Source: Candidatus Enterousia sp. (lineage in GTDB: Bacteria; Pseudomonadota; Alphaproteobacteria; Rs-D84). Taken from it: a stretch of 64,000 nt of DNA. The stretch is from positions 3,738 through 67,737 of the forward strand of contig JAZLDI010000005.1 in the NCBI GenBank assembly GCA_045614665.1. Direction: 5' to 3'. Positions within the stretch are counted from its first letter, which is position 1. Every line of letters begins with the position of its first letter. Under the pieces are notes generated by a model that worked only from the letters and a program-made list of their open reading frames with translations, did not search any database and was not told the DNA's origin. This document shows, one piece after another, positions 52,445-60,724 of the stretch. The position numbers were made by a program, and so were the translations under genes.

Positions 52445-54034
52445 ATGATTAAAAACATATATGAAATGCTGCAGCAGGCGTGCGAACAGAACAAAGACCG
52501 TATTTTCTTTGTCCGCGAAAAAGAAACCTATGCAGATTTGTTAAGAAAGGTAAAGCAACGTGCCGTCTTATTGGCAAAACGCTTTGGTATTAAAAAGGGT
52601 GATACGGTTGCGATTCTGTCGGGTAATACACCGGACTTCGTTCGTTCATACTTTGCCATTGCGTCCCAGGGGGCACGTGTTTTGATGTTGGATACCGGTT
52701 TGCAGACGAACGAGCATATCAATATGATAAAGCGTACGGATTGTAAGTTGGTTTTGGCGCAAAAGCATTATTTTATTGATGATGCGTCGGCTGAAATGTT
52801 CGATATCGAAAATATTGATGACACAGATGAAAAAGATTTTGTTATGGCTGATGTGGAACGTAGCGACGTTGCACAACTGTCCTTTACATCGGGGTCGACC
52901 GGCAATCCAAAGGTTGTTGGATTGACACATAATAATTTGTTGGGTTTGGTGGATGGTGCGCAATTTTACAAAGATGTGATCTTACCAGAATATACATTTT
53001 ATGGATTCCTGCCGTTGTATCATATATACGGTGTGGTAATTAATATTATTGTGCCGGTATGCCTGCACGGGAAATTGTTATTACAGCCTGTATTAAAACC
53101 ACAAGAATTCTTAAAAGACTTTAAACAGTATAAGCCAGAGGTTATTCCCGCCGTTCCACGTATTTGGGAGGTTTTCTATAAGAAAATTGTAGATGCAGCG
53201 CGTGCAAAACACGCCTGGACACTGATTCGCGTGGTTGTGTCGTTGCGTCATGTGTTGCGTGCAATTGGTTTGGGCGGTGTTGTGAAAAAGGTTACAAAAC
53301 CAATACACGACCTGTTTGGGGGTAACACCAAAGTATTGGTTTCGGCCGGTGCAACATTAAAACCATCGATTCGTAAATTTTATGAAAAATTAGGCTTTGT
53401 GGTTGGGGATTGCTATGGCTTGACCGAGACAACGGGGCCGGGCAACTTTAACTTTGCTTTCCGTCGTGCGAATGGAAAAATGTACTATGCGGGCCCATTG
53501 TTGGGTAATGAATTAAAGATTCATAATCCGAACAAAGAAGGGATTGGTGAAATCTGGATCCGTGGCAATATGGTTATGCCGGGATATATCGACAATGATG
53601 CCGCCAATGCCGAAGCGTTTGAAGATGACTGGTTCAAGACCGGTGATATTGGAATGCTGGACAAGAAAGGGCGCCTGATTGTAAAGGGACGCCAAAAGCA
53701 GGTTATCGTTCTGGACAGTGGTAAAAACGTGTATCCAGATGAACTGGAAGATCTTTATATGCAGAACGAAGAAATCCTGGCGGCGGCGGTGTTTGAATAC
53801 GTAATAAAGGGAAAAACGGTCCCATATGGTGTATTCCAGGTAAAGCCGGGTACAACCGTTGAACGTGTTGATTTCTTGATCAAGAAATCTAATTTGGCAA
53901 TTGCCCAATATAAATGGGTGCGCGATTTCGCAATTACAGAGGAAGAATTGCCACAAACATCCGCCAAGAAAATCAAGCATTTTGCGGTACGTGAACTGCT
54001 TGATAATGGCGCATTTATTCGTGCCACGAAATAG
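52445..54034 (+). CDS. AMP-dependent acyl-CoA synthetase (long-chain fatty-acid-CoA ligase type)
   Basis: Start at ATG 52445. FTSGSTGNPKVVGLTHNNL. GDIGMLDKKGRLIVKGRQKQ. Confidence 0.88.
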   Translation: MIKNIYEMLQQACEQNKDRIFFVREKETYADLLRKVKQRAVLLAKRFGIKKGDTVAILSGNTPDFVRSYFAIASQGARVLMLDTGLQTNEHINMIKRTDCKLVLAQKHYFIDDASAEMFDIENIDDTDEKDFVMADVERSDVAQLSFTSGSTGNPKVVGLTHNNLLGLVDGAQFYKDVILPEYTFYGFLPLYHIYGVVINIIVPVCLHGKLLLQPVLKPQEFLKDFKQYKPEVIPAVPRIWEVFYKKIVDAARAKHAWTLIRVVVSLRHVLRAIGLGGVVKKVTKPIHDLFGGNTKVLVSAGATLKPSIRKFYEKLGFVVGDCYGLTETTGPGNFNFAFRRANGKMYYAGPLLGNELKIHNPNKEGIGEIWIRGNMVMPGYIDNDAANAEAFEDDWFKTGDIGMLDKKGRLIVKGRQKQVIVLDSGKNVYPDELEDLYMQNEEILAAAVFEYVIKGKTVPYGVFQVKPGTTVERVDFLIKKSNLAIAQYKWVRDFAITEEELPQTSAKKIKHFAVRELLDNGAFIRATK

Positions 54035-54046
54035 TGTGTCCATAAT

Positions 54047-54083
54047 AAAAGACCGAGCCATAGAAAATGGCTCGGTTTTCTTT
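54047..54083 (+). terminator. Rho-independent terminator
   Basis: ACCGAGCCA-tagaaaa-TGGCTCGGT followed by TTTCTTT. Confidence 0.75.
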
Positions 54084-54088
54084 GTATC

Positions 54089-54117
54089 TTGACAAAAAGC
54101 GATTTGTGTACTATATA
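54089..54117 (+). promoter_or_regulatory. Promoter TTGACA-N17-TATATA
   Basis: TTGACA at 54089-54094 and TATATA at 54112-54117. Confidence 0.55.
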
Positions 54118-54142
54118 AATAGTGTTGGACGTGGAGGATGAA

Positions 54143-54685
54143 ATGGCAAGACGTGTAAATATGGGTGTTTTTGATGTTTTGAAATCTATTGTGGATTTCA
54201 AGGTGTCGGTGGCAAAACCATTGGCCGCTCGTGCAGCCCAGGCGGAAGCTGATTTGCCGGGGTTGGGGTCGCATCTGCAAAGTTTACGAGATTGGGAACG
54301 CAGTATTTCCCGGTACGAAACCCCGCGTTATGAGGATGGTGAAGATACGCCCGCAGATTTAGAGAGTAAGATAAACATGGCGCAACAAGATATTGCGCGT
54401 GGTGCATCCGCCATTCAGGATTTAAAATTTGCAGATAAATTTTATATCACATATAAATTAGCTATGTTGGAACCGCAAATGGAAACTTTTCGTGCTGATT
54501 TACGTGATGCAGAGGCTTGGGTGGAACACTGGAGATGTATGCGCAGTGGTATGTCTTTGGATGATTATGAAGACGCCGATGATATGGAGCGAGAGCGTGC
54601 ATATTATACGTGCGAGTACGAGCGTGCGGTAAAAAATGTTCGTGATTTAAAATCCAAGTTAATCGAATTGCAAAATATAAGATAA
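54143..54685 (+). CDS. Hypothetical coiled-coil-like protein (180 aa)
   Basis: GGAGGA SD 5 nt before ATG 54143. Own promoter and terminator. No recognised motif. Confidence 0.65.
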   Translation: MARRVNMGVFDVLKSIVDFKVSVAKPLAARAAQAEADLPGLGSHLQSLRDWERSISRYETPRYEDGEDTPADLESKINMAQQDIARGASAIQDLKFADKFYITYKLAMLEPQMETFRADLRDAEAWVEHWRCMRSGMSLDDYEDADDMERERAYYTCEYERAVKNVRDLKSKLIELQNIR

Positions 54686-54689
54686 AAAT

Positions 54690-54722
54690 GTTATCCGCCG
54701 GTGGTTCGGCGGATTATTTATT
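54690..54722 (+). terminator. Rho-independent terminator
   Basis: ATCCGCCG-gtggtt-CGGCGGAT followed by TATTTATT. Confidence 0.7.
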
Positions 54723-54737
54723 AAAAATAAATTTATC

Positions 54738-54765
54738 TTGACAAAATAAATAATTGTATTATATT
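54738..54765 (+). promoter_or_regulatory. Promoter TTGACA-N16-TATATT
   Basis: TTGACA at 54738-54743 and TATATT at 54760-54765. Confidence 0.5.
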
Positions 54766-54800
54766 TGTCGTCGACGAAATACTAAAACAAAGGATTTATT

Positions 54801-55040
54801 ATGTATATCGAAAGTGAAGTTTTTGAACAGGGGACACCAAAAATTTCCCCGAAGGTTTGGGTTGAAAATGGCAAAAGCGTTGTTGTAGAGGCCGCAGACA
54901 TTAAACCTGTGTTTGATGATGCGATTATTACGGCCCCGGCCGAGATTCGCACACCATCATCGTCCTGTATGATTTGTGCGTCATACGATAAAATGCTGGG
55001 TTGTGTCAGTCAGTTCATGTGCCCATACATGGCCCGATAA
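54801..55040 (+). CDS. Hypothetical small protein (79 aa)
   Basis: AAAGGA SD. Own promoter and terminator. C-terminal Cys cluster SSSCMICASYDKMLGCVSQFMCPYM. Confidence 0.55.
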   Translation: MYIESEVFEQGTPKISPKVWVENGKSVVVEAADIKPVFDDAIITAPAEIRTPSSSCMICASYDKMLGCVSQFMCPYMAR

Positions 55041-55051
55041 GGCATGTAGAG

Positions 55052-55080
55052 AAGAACGGGGGAAATCCCCCGTTTTTTAA
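55052..55080. terminator. Bidirectional terminator
   Basis: AACGGGGG-aaat-CCCCCGTTTTTT. Confidence 0.8.
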
Positions 55081-55691
55081 TCGCTAATTTTGCATCCAGA
55101 TTTTATTTGTTCGGCTGATACGGTATTCGATTGATTGGTTAAATAAGGTACGCACTGCTTAAATGCGTATTGTCCCGGGCACTGCCAGCATTTACGCATT
55201 GCATCCTTGCTGGTTGATGTAAGGGCGATGCTTGTTGTGTTGTCGGAATTTACTACTACGGTTTCATCTTTTTCATTTGTTGAAATTGATTCTTTTGGTG
55301 TGGTCTTTGGAATTTCTTTTAATTTGCATTCCATATCTTCTTTGTCCAGAATTTCCGTAGATTTGCATTTTTTGCATACCTTGTCGTATCCGGTTCCGAT
55401 GATTGCCTGGAGTTCGGTTTCGGCGCATGGGATGCATCTGTTTGATGTTTCGCTTTCAAATACAAAGCCGTCGTCGCAGGGTGGAACGCATACATCATTG
55501 CGTTTTACAATGCCGCGCGCGCATTCGGTTGCCTCGGTACAGGGTTTATCTTCTACAATATTGCCGCATATGTCAACCTTGCGCGTGTAAGTACAGGTGC
55601 CATTGGTTACATCAACTGTGATTTGTTCTTCTGTTGTAAATGAGGGGGCGCGTTTTATTTCGCCCGATGAAAATTTTTGTGCGTATAAAAA
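55077..55691 (-). pseudogene. Cys-rich reading frame open for 204 codons but with its only ATG at 55334; possibly a 5'-truncated remnant
   Basis: My own translation upstream of the 85-aa ORF: ...TCTYTRKVDICGNIVEDKPCTEATECARGIVKRNDVCVPPCDDGFVFESETSNRCIPCAE...KVCKKCKSTEILDKEDMECKL. No ATG, GTG or TTG and no signal peptide between the stop at 55692 and 55334. Confidence 0.35.
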
Positions 55692-55701
55692 TTATTTTTT
55701 C

Positions 55702-55729
55702 TTGCATTTGGAATAAAATGATATAAAAT
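55702..55729 (+). promoter_or_regulatory. Putative promoter of tRNA-Arg (TTGCAT-N16-TAAAAT)
   Basis: TTGCAT at 55702-55707 and TAAAAT at 55724-55729. The tRNA starts at 55741. Confidence 0.45.
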
Positions 55730-55740
55730 AACAATCCGTT

Positions 55741-55817
55741 GCATCCATAGCTTAACTGGATAAAGCATCTGACTACGGATCAGAAGACTGAGGGTTCGAA
55801 TCCTTCTGGATGCGCCA
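55741..55817 (+). tRNA. tRNA-Arg (anticodon ACG)
   Basis: Acceptor stem GCATCCA/TGGATGC, anticodon stem-loop TCTGA-CT-ACG-GA-TCAGA, T-arm GAGGGTTCGAATCCTTC, encoded CCA. Confidence 0.9.
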
Positions 55818-55827
55818 CGAATTCAAA
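55799..55827 (+). repeat. 29-nt direct repeat, copy 1 (last 19 nt of tRNA-Arg plus 10 nt downstream)
   Basis: aatccttctggatgcgccacgaattcaaa. Confidence 0.9.
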
Positions 55828-55850
55828 ACCGACCGAATGGTCGGTTTTTA
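55824..55850 (+). terminator. Terminator after tRNA-Arg
   Basis: AACCGACC-gaat-GGTCGGTTTTT. Confidence 0.8.
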
Positions 55851-55934
55851 ATTTGTGTTGCAAATCCCAGGATTTGAACCCTCGGGTTCGAGCCATAGGC
55901 GAAAGGGGCCCAGCACGTTAGTGATGGGAATTAC

Positions 55935-55963
55935 AATCCTTCTGGATGCGCCACGAATTCAAA
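55935..55963 (+). repeat. 29-nt direct repeat, copy 2 (orphan tRNA-Arg 3' end)
   Basis: Identical 29-mer 136 nt downstream of copy 1. No 5' tRNA half precedes it. Confidence 0.9.
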
Positions 55964-55990
55964 CACCGCCAATCGGCGGTGTTTTGTTGT
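55960..55990. terminator. Hairpin after the orphan tRNA end
   Basis: ACACCGCC-aatc-GGCGGTGT followed by TTTGTTG. Confidence 0.65.
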
Positions 55991-56000
55991 TGTGTGTTTG

Positions 56001-56582
56001 CTATTTAGTTTTTTGACCGATACCGTGGTACAGCATATTGAAATGCTCACGACATACGGATTTATAATTAGAATCCCCCAGGGCGAATTGGTCGCCCGCA
56101 CGGATAACGCGGCCGTCTTTGCCAAACCGCAAGTGGTGCGTTGCCAATTCCATACAACCGTTTATCTGACAATTCGATTCGTGCAGGTGTAATTCGGCGC
56201 CGACCTCTATTAATCGTTTGGATGCGGGGAACATTTGTTCGTTACTGTCACTCATTAAACCATAACACATAACAGGGATATTCATGTCGTCTGCGATGCG
56301 TACCAGTTTATCAATATCGGATGGTGAAAAAAATTGAACCTCGTCAACCAGTAATACCCGTGTGTCTGGGGCGGGAGTGAAGTTTTTTAGATTCGGCATC
56401 GCCAGGGCCGGTGTTTCAATCCCAATGCGCGATTTTACCGTGTCAGATGAAAAGCGTGTGTCAAATGATGGCTTGATAACCTGGGTTTTTACGCCGTTTT
56501 GATTATAGTTATATGCGTTGATAATCAGCCGAGCAGATTTAGAACTGCTCATAACGCCATAGTGAAAGTGTAGTGTCGCCAT
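56001..56582 (-). CDS. tdk: Thymidine kinase
   Basis: Start at ATG 56582. MATLHFHYGVMSSSKSARLI...LLVDEVQFF...VMCYGL...SVCREHF is collinear with E. coli Tdk. Confidence 0.9.
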   Translation of the reverse strand: MATLHFHYGVMSSSKSARLIINAYNYNQNGVKTQVIKPSFDTRFSSDTVKSRIGIETPALAMPNLKNFTPAPDTRVLLVDEVQFFSPSDIDKLVRIADDMNIPVMCYGLMSDSNEQMFPASKRLIEVGAELHLHESNCQINGCMELATHHLRFGKDGRVIRAGDQFALGDSNYKSVCREHFNMLYHGIGQKTK

Positions 56583-56650
56583 GTGCCTTATCCCTTTGTT
56601 TTTTGTCGTTGGGATTATTAGCATAAAAAAGACAGAAAAAAATATATTTT

Positions 56651-57025
56651 TTATTCTTTTGGTGATTTTTTAAATTTGACCGCAAAACTGCCGTTGTTAA
56701 TTGGGGAAAAAGATATAATATATGGGCTCAGGATGCTGTTGGTTGCCCACTGGGGAAATTTTTGTCGTAAAATGCCACTGGCACCGGTGATTATATTGGC
56801 GGTGCGTGTGCCCGATGTGGCCAATGTCATTATCGCGTCCCAAGCTTGTTCTTCGGTATATTGATGCAGGTCCAGTGTCGCGTGATTTGGTGCTGCTGGT
56901 GCATCGTGCGGAATGCGACGTGACAGGTGTAATTCAGATCGTACGCTTTTGCGGGTGTCTGTATCATCGGGTGAAAATTCATCCCCAATCATTTCGACAA
57001 TATCGCGTTCGGTTAACTGTTTCAT
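56651..57025 (-). CDS. Smr domain protein
   Basis: LDLHQYTEEQAWDAI...RTANIITGASGILRQKFPQW is the Smr pattern (LDLHG.T..EA...IIHGKG). Confidence 0.75.
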   Translation of the reverse strand: MKQLTERDIVEMIGDEFSPDDTDTRKSVRSELHLSRRIPHDAPAAPNHATLDLHQYTEEQAWDAIMTLATSGTRTANIITGASGILRQKFPQWATNSILSPYIISFSPINNGSFAVKFKKSPKE

Positions 57026-57064
57026 GGTGTTAATAATACAGTGTGCGTACTGAAAAATAAATTA

Positions 57065-57988
57065 TTATTTTGAAAACTGGCGTTCGATATCCAAAATTGC
57101 GGCGATTTGGGCGCGCATAAATTCAACTTTGTTTTTGTTGTTTTCAACGCCCTTTGGTCCGGATGGATTTGTGCGCAGGTCATCAGATGCCTTTATAAAG
57201 CGACGTAACATTGCGCCCATAACACGGTATTTCATTATCTGGCGCAGGTTTTCATTGCGGATACCCGGCATAGAATAAATCGAATCGTTATGAATGCGGC
57301 AATATGTTTCATACACTGGTCTGAAAATGTTTAATTCGATTTGCAGTGGTGCAAAAATATCACGATATATGAAATTGTAGTTTGCCTCAGCAAAATCAAT
57401 AAATGACAGGGTGCTGGTTTTTGGGTCGTATAAGACATTGCCAGAATTCAAATCACAATGTGACCATGCTGGGCGTGTGTCGTATTCAAATGTGCCGATA
57501 TTGTCGCGAATACGGGACATAAACTGTATTTCGTCTTCGTTGAACCAGGTGGACATTTTTGTTTCGATGAATTTGTCCAAGCGATCAAATTTAATTTCGG
57601 ATGCGATTTTATGGCGCTGAACATCCTGGATTGGTTTTAATTCGTTCATATCAACCAAAAAAGCGGCGATTCCGTCAATGATTTCATAGCGTTGGCGGCG
57701 GGACAGCGTGTGAAACAGTTCCGCGGTCAGGTGTTCGCCCGGTGCGCGTTCTTCAAGTAATTGATATTCATCATCTTTGATAAAACTCATACGTGGAATA
57801 TGATAGCGCGGATTGCCAACGGCATGGATTTCATCAATGGCTTCTTTTGTACGGTGTTGTTTTTCTAGCCATTCATTGCGCGCCACATCCCCCAACGTCG
57901 GCAGGGGACGTTTCATAACAAAGTCCGGACCGAAATCGGCAATATATGTCTCGCGACCGTGAATAAGATTTTTCAAATTGTTGTTCAT
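57065..57988 (-). CDS. Aminoglycoside-phosphotransferase-fold kinase (APH/choline-kinase family)
   Basis: Start at ATG 57988. Brenner motif HCDLNSGNVLYD and SFIDFAEA. Confidence 0.75.
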   Translation of the reverse strand: MNNNLKNLIHGRETYIADFGPDFVMKRPLPTLGDVARNEWLEKQHRTKEAIDEIHAVGNPRYHIPRMSFIKDDEYQLLEERAPGEHLTAELFHTLSRRQRYEIIDGIAAFLVDMNELKPIQDVQRHKIASEIKFDRLDKFIETKMSTWFNEDEIQFMSRIRDNIGTFEYDTRPAWSHCDLNSGNVLYDPKTSTLSFIDFAEANYNFIYRDIFAPLQIELNIFRPVYETYCRIHNDSIYSMPGIRNENLRQIMKYRVMGAMLRRFIKASDDLRTNPSGPKGVENNKNKVEFMRAQIAAILDIERQFSK

Positions 57989-57993
57989 TTTAT

Positions 57994-58716
57994 TTACAGT
58001 ATCCTTGAATCGCGTAAATGTTTTAAAATGCCTTTTTGGGTGCGTAATTGGCATTTTGCCATATATTCAGTGTATGCGCGCTTGTCACCATTCGCACGAT
58101 TACATATTGCATCAATATAGTCTTTTTTATCTTCGCGTTTGTTGAATGCAATTGGACGATATCCATTTTGCAATAATACCCAATTCATAATTAGGCGAGC
58201 TGTGCGCTTGTTAAAGTCGTCAAATGGCTGTAACATAATTAAATCGTAATGTATATCATATGCGCGTGTGAAAATGTCGCGTTTTGAATGGTTTAAATTA
58301 TATACAATCTGGCGCAGATTGTATTCAATCATAGAGCTGTCGGGGGCGTGATATGGGATGCTGTTAACGCTTATTTGCATTCTGGCAGTTGCGGTGCGGA
58401 AATTATATCCGTCGATATGTGTGTCTTTGCATAATATATAGTGAATGTTTCGGATTTCTTCGAATGTGATTTCTTTGTTGACGTTTGCAATTATATAATC
58501 GTATGCAACCGCGATATTTGCCATACTGGTATCGTCCAGGTCTTTCTTGTTTACGGGGCACAGAACTTTGGGTTCTTCTACGGCAATTTGGCGCCGTAAC
58601 CAGTATAAATTACGTGTGCGTTTAGTGGACGAAAAACTGTCAAAACATTCGTCCAGTTCATGGCGCCTTTGAATAATTTGTTCTTTTATCGTTTGTTTTG
58701 GTTTACGTGGTGACAT
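57994..58716 (-). CDS. Fic/DOC-fold protein with degenerate active-site motif
   Basis: LIMLQPFDDFNKRTARLIMNWVLLQNGYRP aligns to HPFx[DE]GNGRxxR with His to Gln, Gly to Phe and Gly to Lys. Confidence 0.7.
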   Translation of the reverse strand: MSPRKPKQTIKEQIIQRRHELDECFDSFSSTKRTRNLYWLRRQIAVEEPKVLCPVNKKDLDDTSMANIAVAYDYIIANVNKEITFEEIRNIHYILCKDTHIDGYNFRTATARMQISVNSIPYHAPDSSMIEYNLRQIVYNLNHSKRDIFTRAYDIHYDLIMLQPFDDFNKRTARLIMNWVLLQNGYRPIAFNKREDKKDYIDAICNRANGDKRAYTEYMAKCQLRTQKGILKHLRDSRIL

Positions 58717-58861
58717 AATTGCCCCCTTTGGTTATTGTTATTATAAATATAGCCCTTAAATATAATTTGTCAAGTTTTTTGTTGTTTTTTATAAAATCGG
58801 GTTGAATGCGTGGCAGATTTGGAGTATGCTGTGTTCTGATAAAAATGAAAGGATGTATTAT

Positions 58862-60265
58862 ATGTTGAAAAAACTGATTATTTTGTCTATTTTGGCGTTC
58901 CCGATGGTGGCTGATTCTGCACCTAAAAATAAGAAGAAAGAGGAGCCAGTTGTACATCTGACGGATGAACAGATTTATCAAGAATTGAAAAAATTAGCCA
59001 TGGTGTTTGAGGTCGCGCGTGATAACTTTGTCGAAGAGGCTGATGAAAAAAAGATGTTAGAGGCTGCAATGAATGGTATGTTGGGTGCGCTGGATCCGCA
59101 TTCTTCGTATTTATCGGCCGATGATTTCAAGGAGTTTAATGATAAATCCCAGGGGGCTTTTGGGGGACTGGGGATTCAGATTACCAGTGATCGTGGTGCG
59201 GTGCGCGTCATTTCCCCAATCGACGATACGCCCGCTGACAAAGCCGGGATTAAGGCCGGTGACTATATCACCCATATCGATGGCGAACAGGTCTTTGATT
59301 TAACGTTAAATCAGGCGGTGAAAAAGATGAAAGGGCGCCCCGGAACCAAGGTAAAACTGACCATTATTTCCGATGGCGAAGAAAAAACACTGACCCTGAA
59401 ACGTGCTATTATCAAGGTGGAATCGGTCAAGCATGATGTAAAAACAATGGCGGATGCCGACCCAGATGATAAAGAAACGCCAAAAATTGGATATATCAGA
59501 ATTTCTGATTTTGGGGTGACGACTGCGCGTGATTTAAAAAATGCGCTAAAAGAATTAGAAAAGAAAAACGTGGTTGGTTATGTCTTGGACGTACGTAATA
59601 ATCCGGGGGGGTATTTAACGGCGGCGATCGATGTGTCGGATGCGTTTCTGGACGGGGGGGAAATAGTTTCAACACGCGGCAAAGACAAGACGGATATAGA
59701 GCGTAATTTTGCAACACCAGGTGATTTAGCAAATGGCAAGCCCGTTGTTGTGCTTATTAACCATGGATCTGCGTCCGCATCGGAAATTGTGGCTGGCGCT
59801 TTACAGGATAATGGGCGTGGCTTGGTTATGGGCTCTCAATCGTTTGGTAAGGGCAGTGTGCAACAACAAAAGCCATTAGGTGATGGAACGGCGATTCATA
59901 TTACGATTGCGCGGTATTATACACCGTCGGGACGCTCGATTCAGAACGAGGGAATAACCCCTGATGTAGAGGTTTTACATTCTAAAGTAGAGGTTCTGGA
60001 AAAGAAAGAAAGTTCTTATTCAGAGGCATCATTTAAAAATTCACTGAAAAATGAACAAGCTGAAAAGAAAGACAAAAAGAAAGATAAAGATACAGATTTA
60101 GACGAAGAGGATAAAGAGTTAACAGATGAAGAAAAAGATGCATTGGATTATCAACTGCAACGTGCGATGGATATGGTAATTGCGATGTCAAAAATGCAGG
60201 CGCGCGCCAAGGTCGGTCCCACGGATGTATTGTCAATAGCAGAAGAAAAGTCTGATAAAAAGTAA
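58862..60265 (+). CDS. ctpA: Carboxy-terminal processing protease (S41)
   Basis: Start at ATG 58862 (signal MLKKLIILSILAFPMVADSA). PDZ segment GLGIQI...GDYITHIDG. GSASASEIVAGALQD. Confidence 0.9.
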   Translation: MLKKLIILSILAFPMVADSAPKNKKKEEPVVHLTDEQIYQELKKLAMVFEVARDNFVEEADEKKMLEAAMNGMLGALDPHSSYLSADDFKEFNDKSQGAFGGLGIQITSDRGAVRVISPIDDTPADKAGIKAGDYITHIDGEQVFDLTLNQAVKKMKGRPGTKVKLTIISDGEEKTLTLKRAIIKVESVKHDVKTMADADPDDKETPKIGYIRISDFGVTTARDLKNALKELEKKNVVGYVLDVRNNPGGYLTAAIDVSDAFLDGGEIVSTRGKDKTDIERNFATPGDLANGKPVVVLINHGSASASEIVAGALQDNGRGLVMGSQSFGKGSVQQQKPLGDGTAIHITIARYYTPSGRSIQNEGITPDVEVLHSKVEVLEKKESSYSEASFKNSLKNEQAEKKDKKKDKDTDLDEEDKELTDEEKDALDYQLQRAMDMVIAMSKMQARAKVGPTDVLSIAEEKSDKK

Positions 60266-60291
60266 AAGACGGGGAAGAACCCCGTTTTTTA
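60266..60291. terminator. Bidirectional terminator
   Basis: ACGGGG-aagaa-CCCCGTTTTTT. Confidence 0.8.
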
Positions 60292-60660
60292 ATGTTGTTT
60301 TGTATATTTACGAAATGGGCTGTTTTGTGGCGTTGGCATTTTTGCCACGTCCACGATTGATTCCAGAACGCGAACATATGTGGAATTGGGTGTGCCGGCA
60401 TTTTGAATGTTTAATTTTATACCAGATTTTACAGCATCATAAAGTTCCGTTAAGGTTGGCTGAAAACGTTCGTCGATAACGTCATCCGGACAGTCGACAT
60501 ATATTGTTAAAGTTTGTGTTGCAGATTTTTTTGTCTCTGTAATCGCGTCCGTGATTGCAGCACGTAATTTGTTGATTTCTATAATGTCTTGTTTGTGTAT
60601 AGAATCAAACAGGTAAACATTTGTTCCGGCTGTGTGAAGGTTTGCGTAATTTTTTTGCAT
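60289..60660 (-). CDS. Hypothetical protein (123 aa)
   Basis: Start at ATG 60660 with a GGGGA SD. No recognised motif. Confidence 0.55.
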   Translation of the reverse strand: MQKNYANLHTAGTNVYLFDSIHKQDIIEINKLRAAITDAITETKKSATQTLTIYVDCPDDVIDERFQPTLTELYDAVKSGIKLNIQNAGTPNSTYVRVLESIVDVAKMPTPQNSPFRKYTKQH

Positions 60661-60724
60661 TGAATTTTCCCCGTGCTTTGTTATAAACAATATAGTACAA
60701 AAAAACCAATTGTCAATATATAAG

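Noticed and set aside
53513-54280. 255-aa minus-strand ORF antisense to the acyl-CoA ligase 3' end.
   Set aside because: It overlaps a gene with clear AMP-binding motifs and runs across that gene's terminator and the next promoter.
55828-55934. Possible second tRNA or minus-strand tRNA suggested by ggatttgaaccc and gggttcgagcc.
   Set aside because: I could not fold a cloverleaf. No matching acceptor or anticodon stems exist on either strand. I treat it as degenerate debris within the att-like interval.
55741-58716. Intact integrated island or prophage at tRNA-Arg.
   Set aside because: There are no integrase, transposase or phage genes. The second copy of the tRNA 3' end lies only 136 nt away, before the tdk-smr-kinase-fic genes. 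No third repeat was seen near 58.7 kb.
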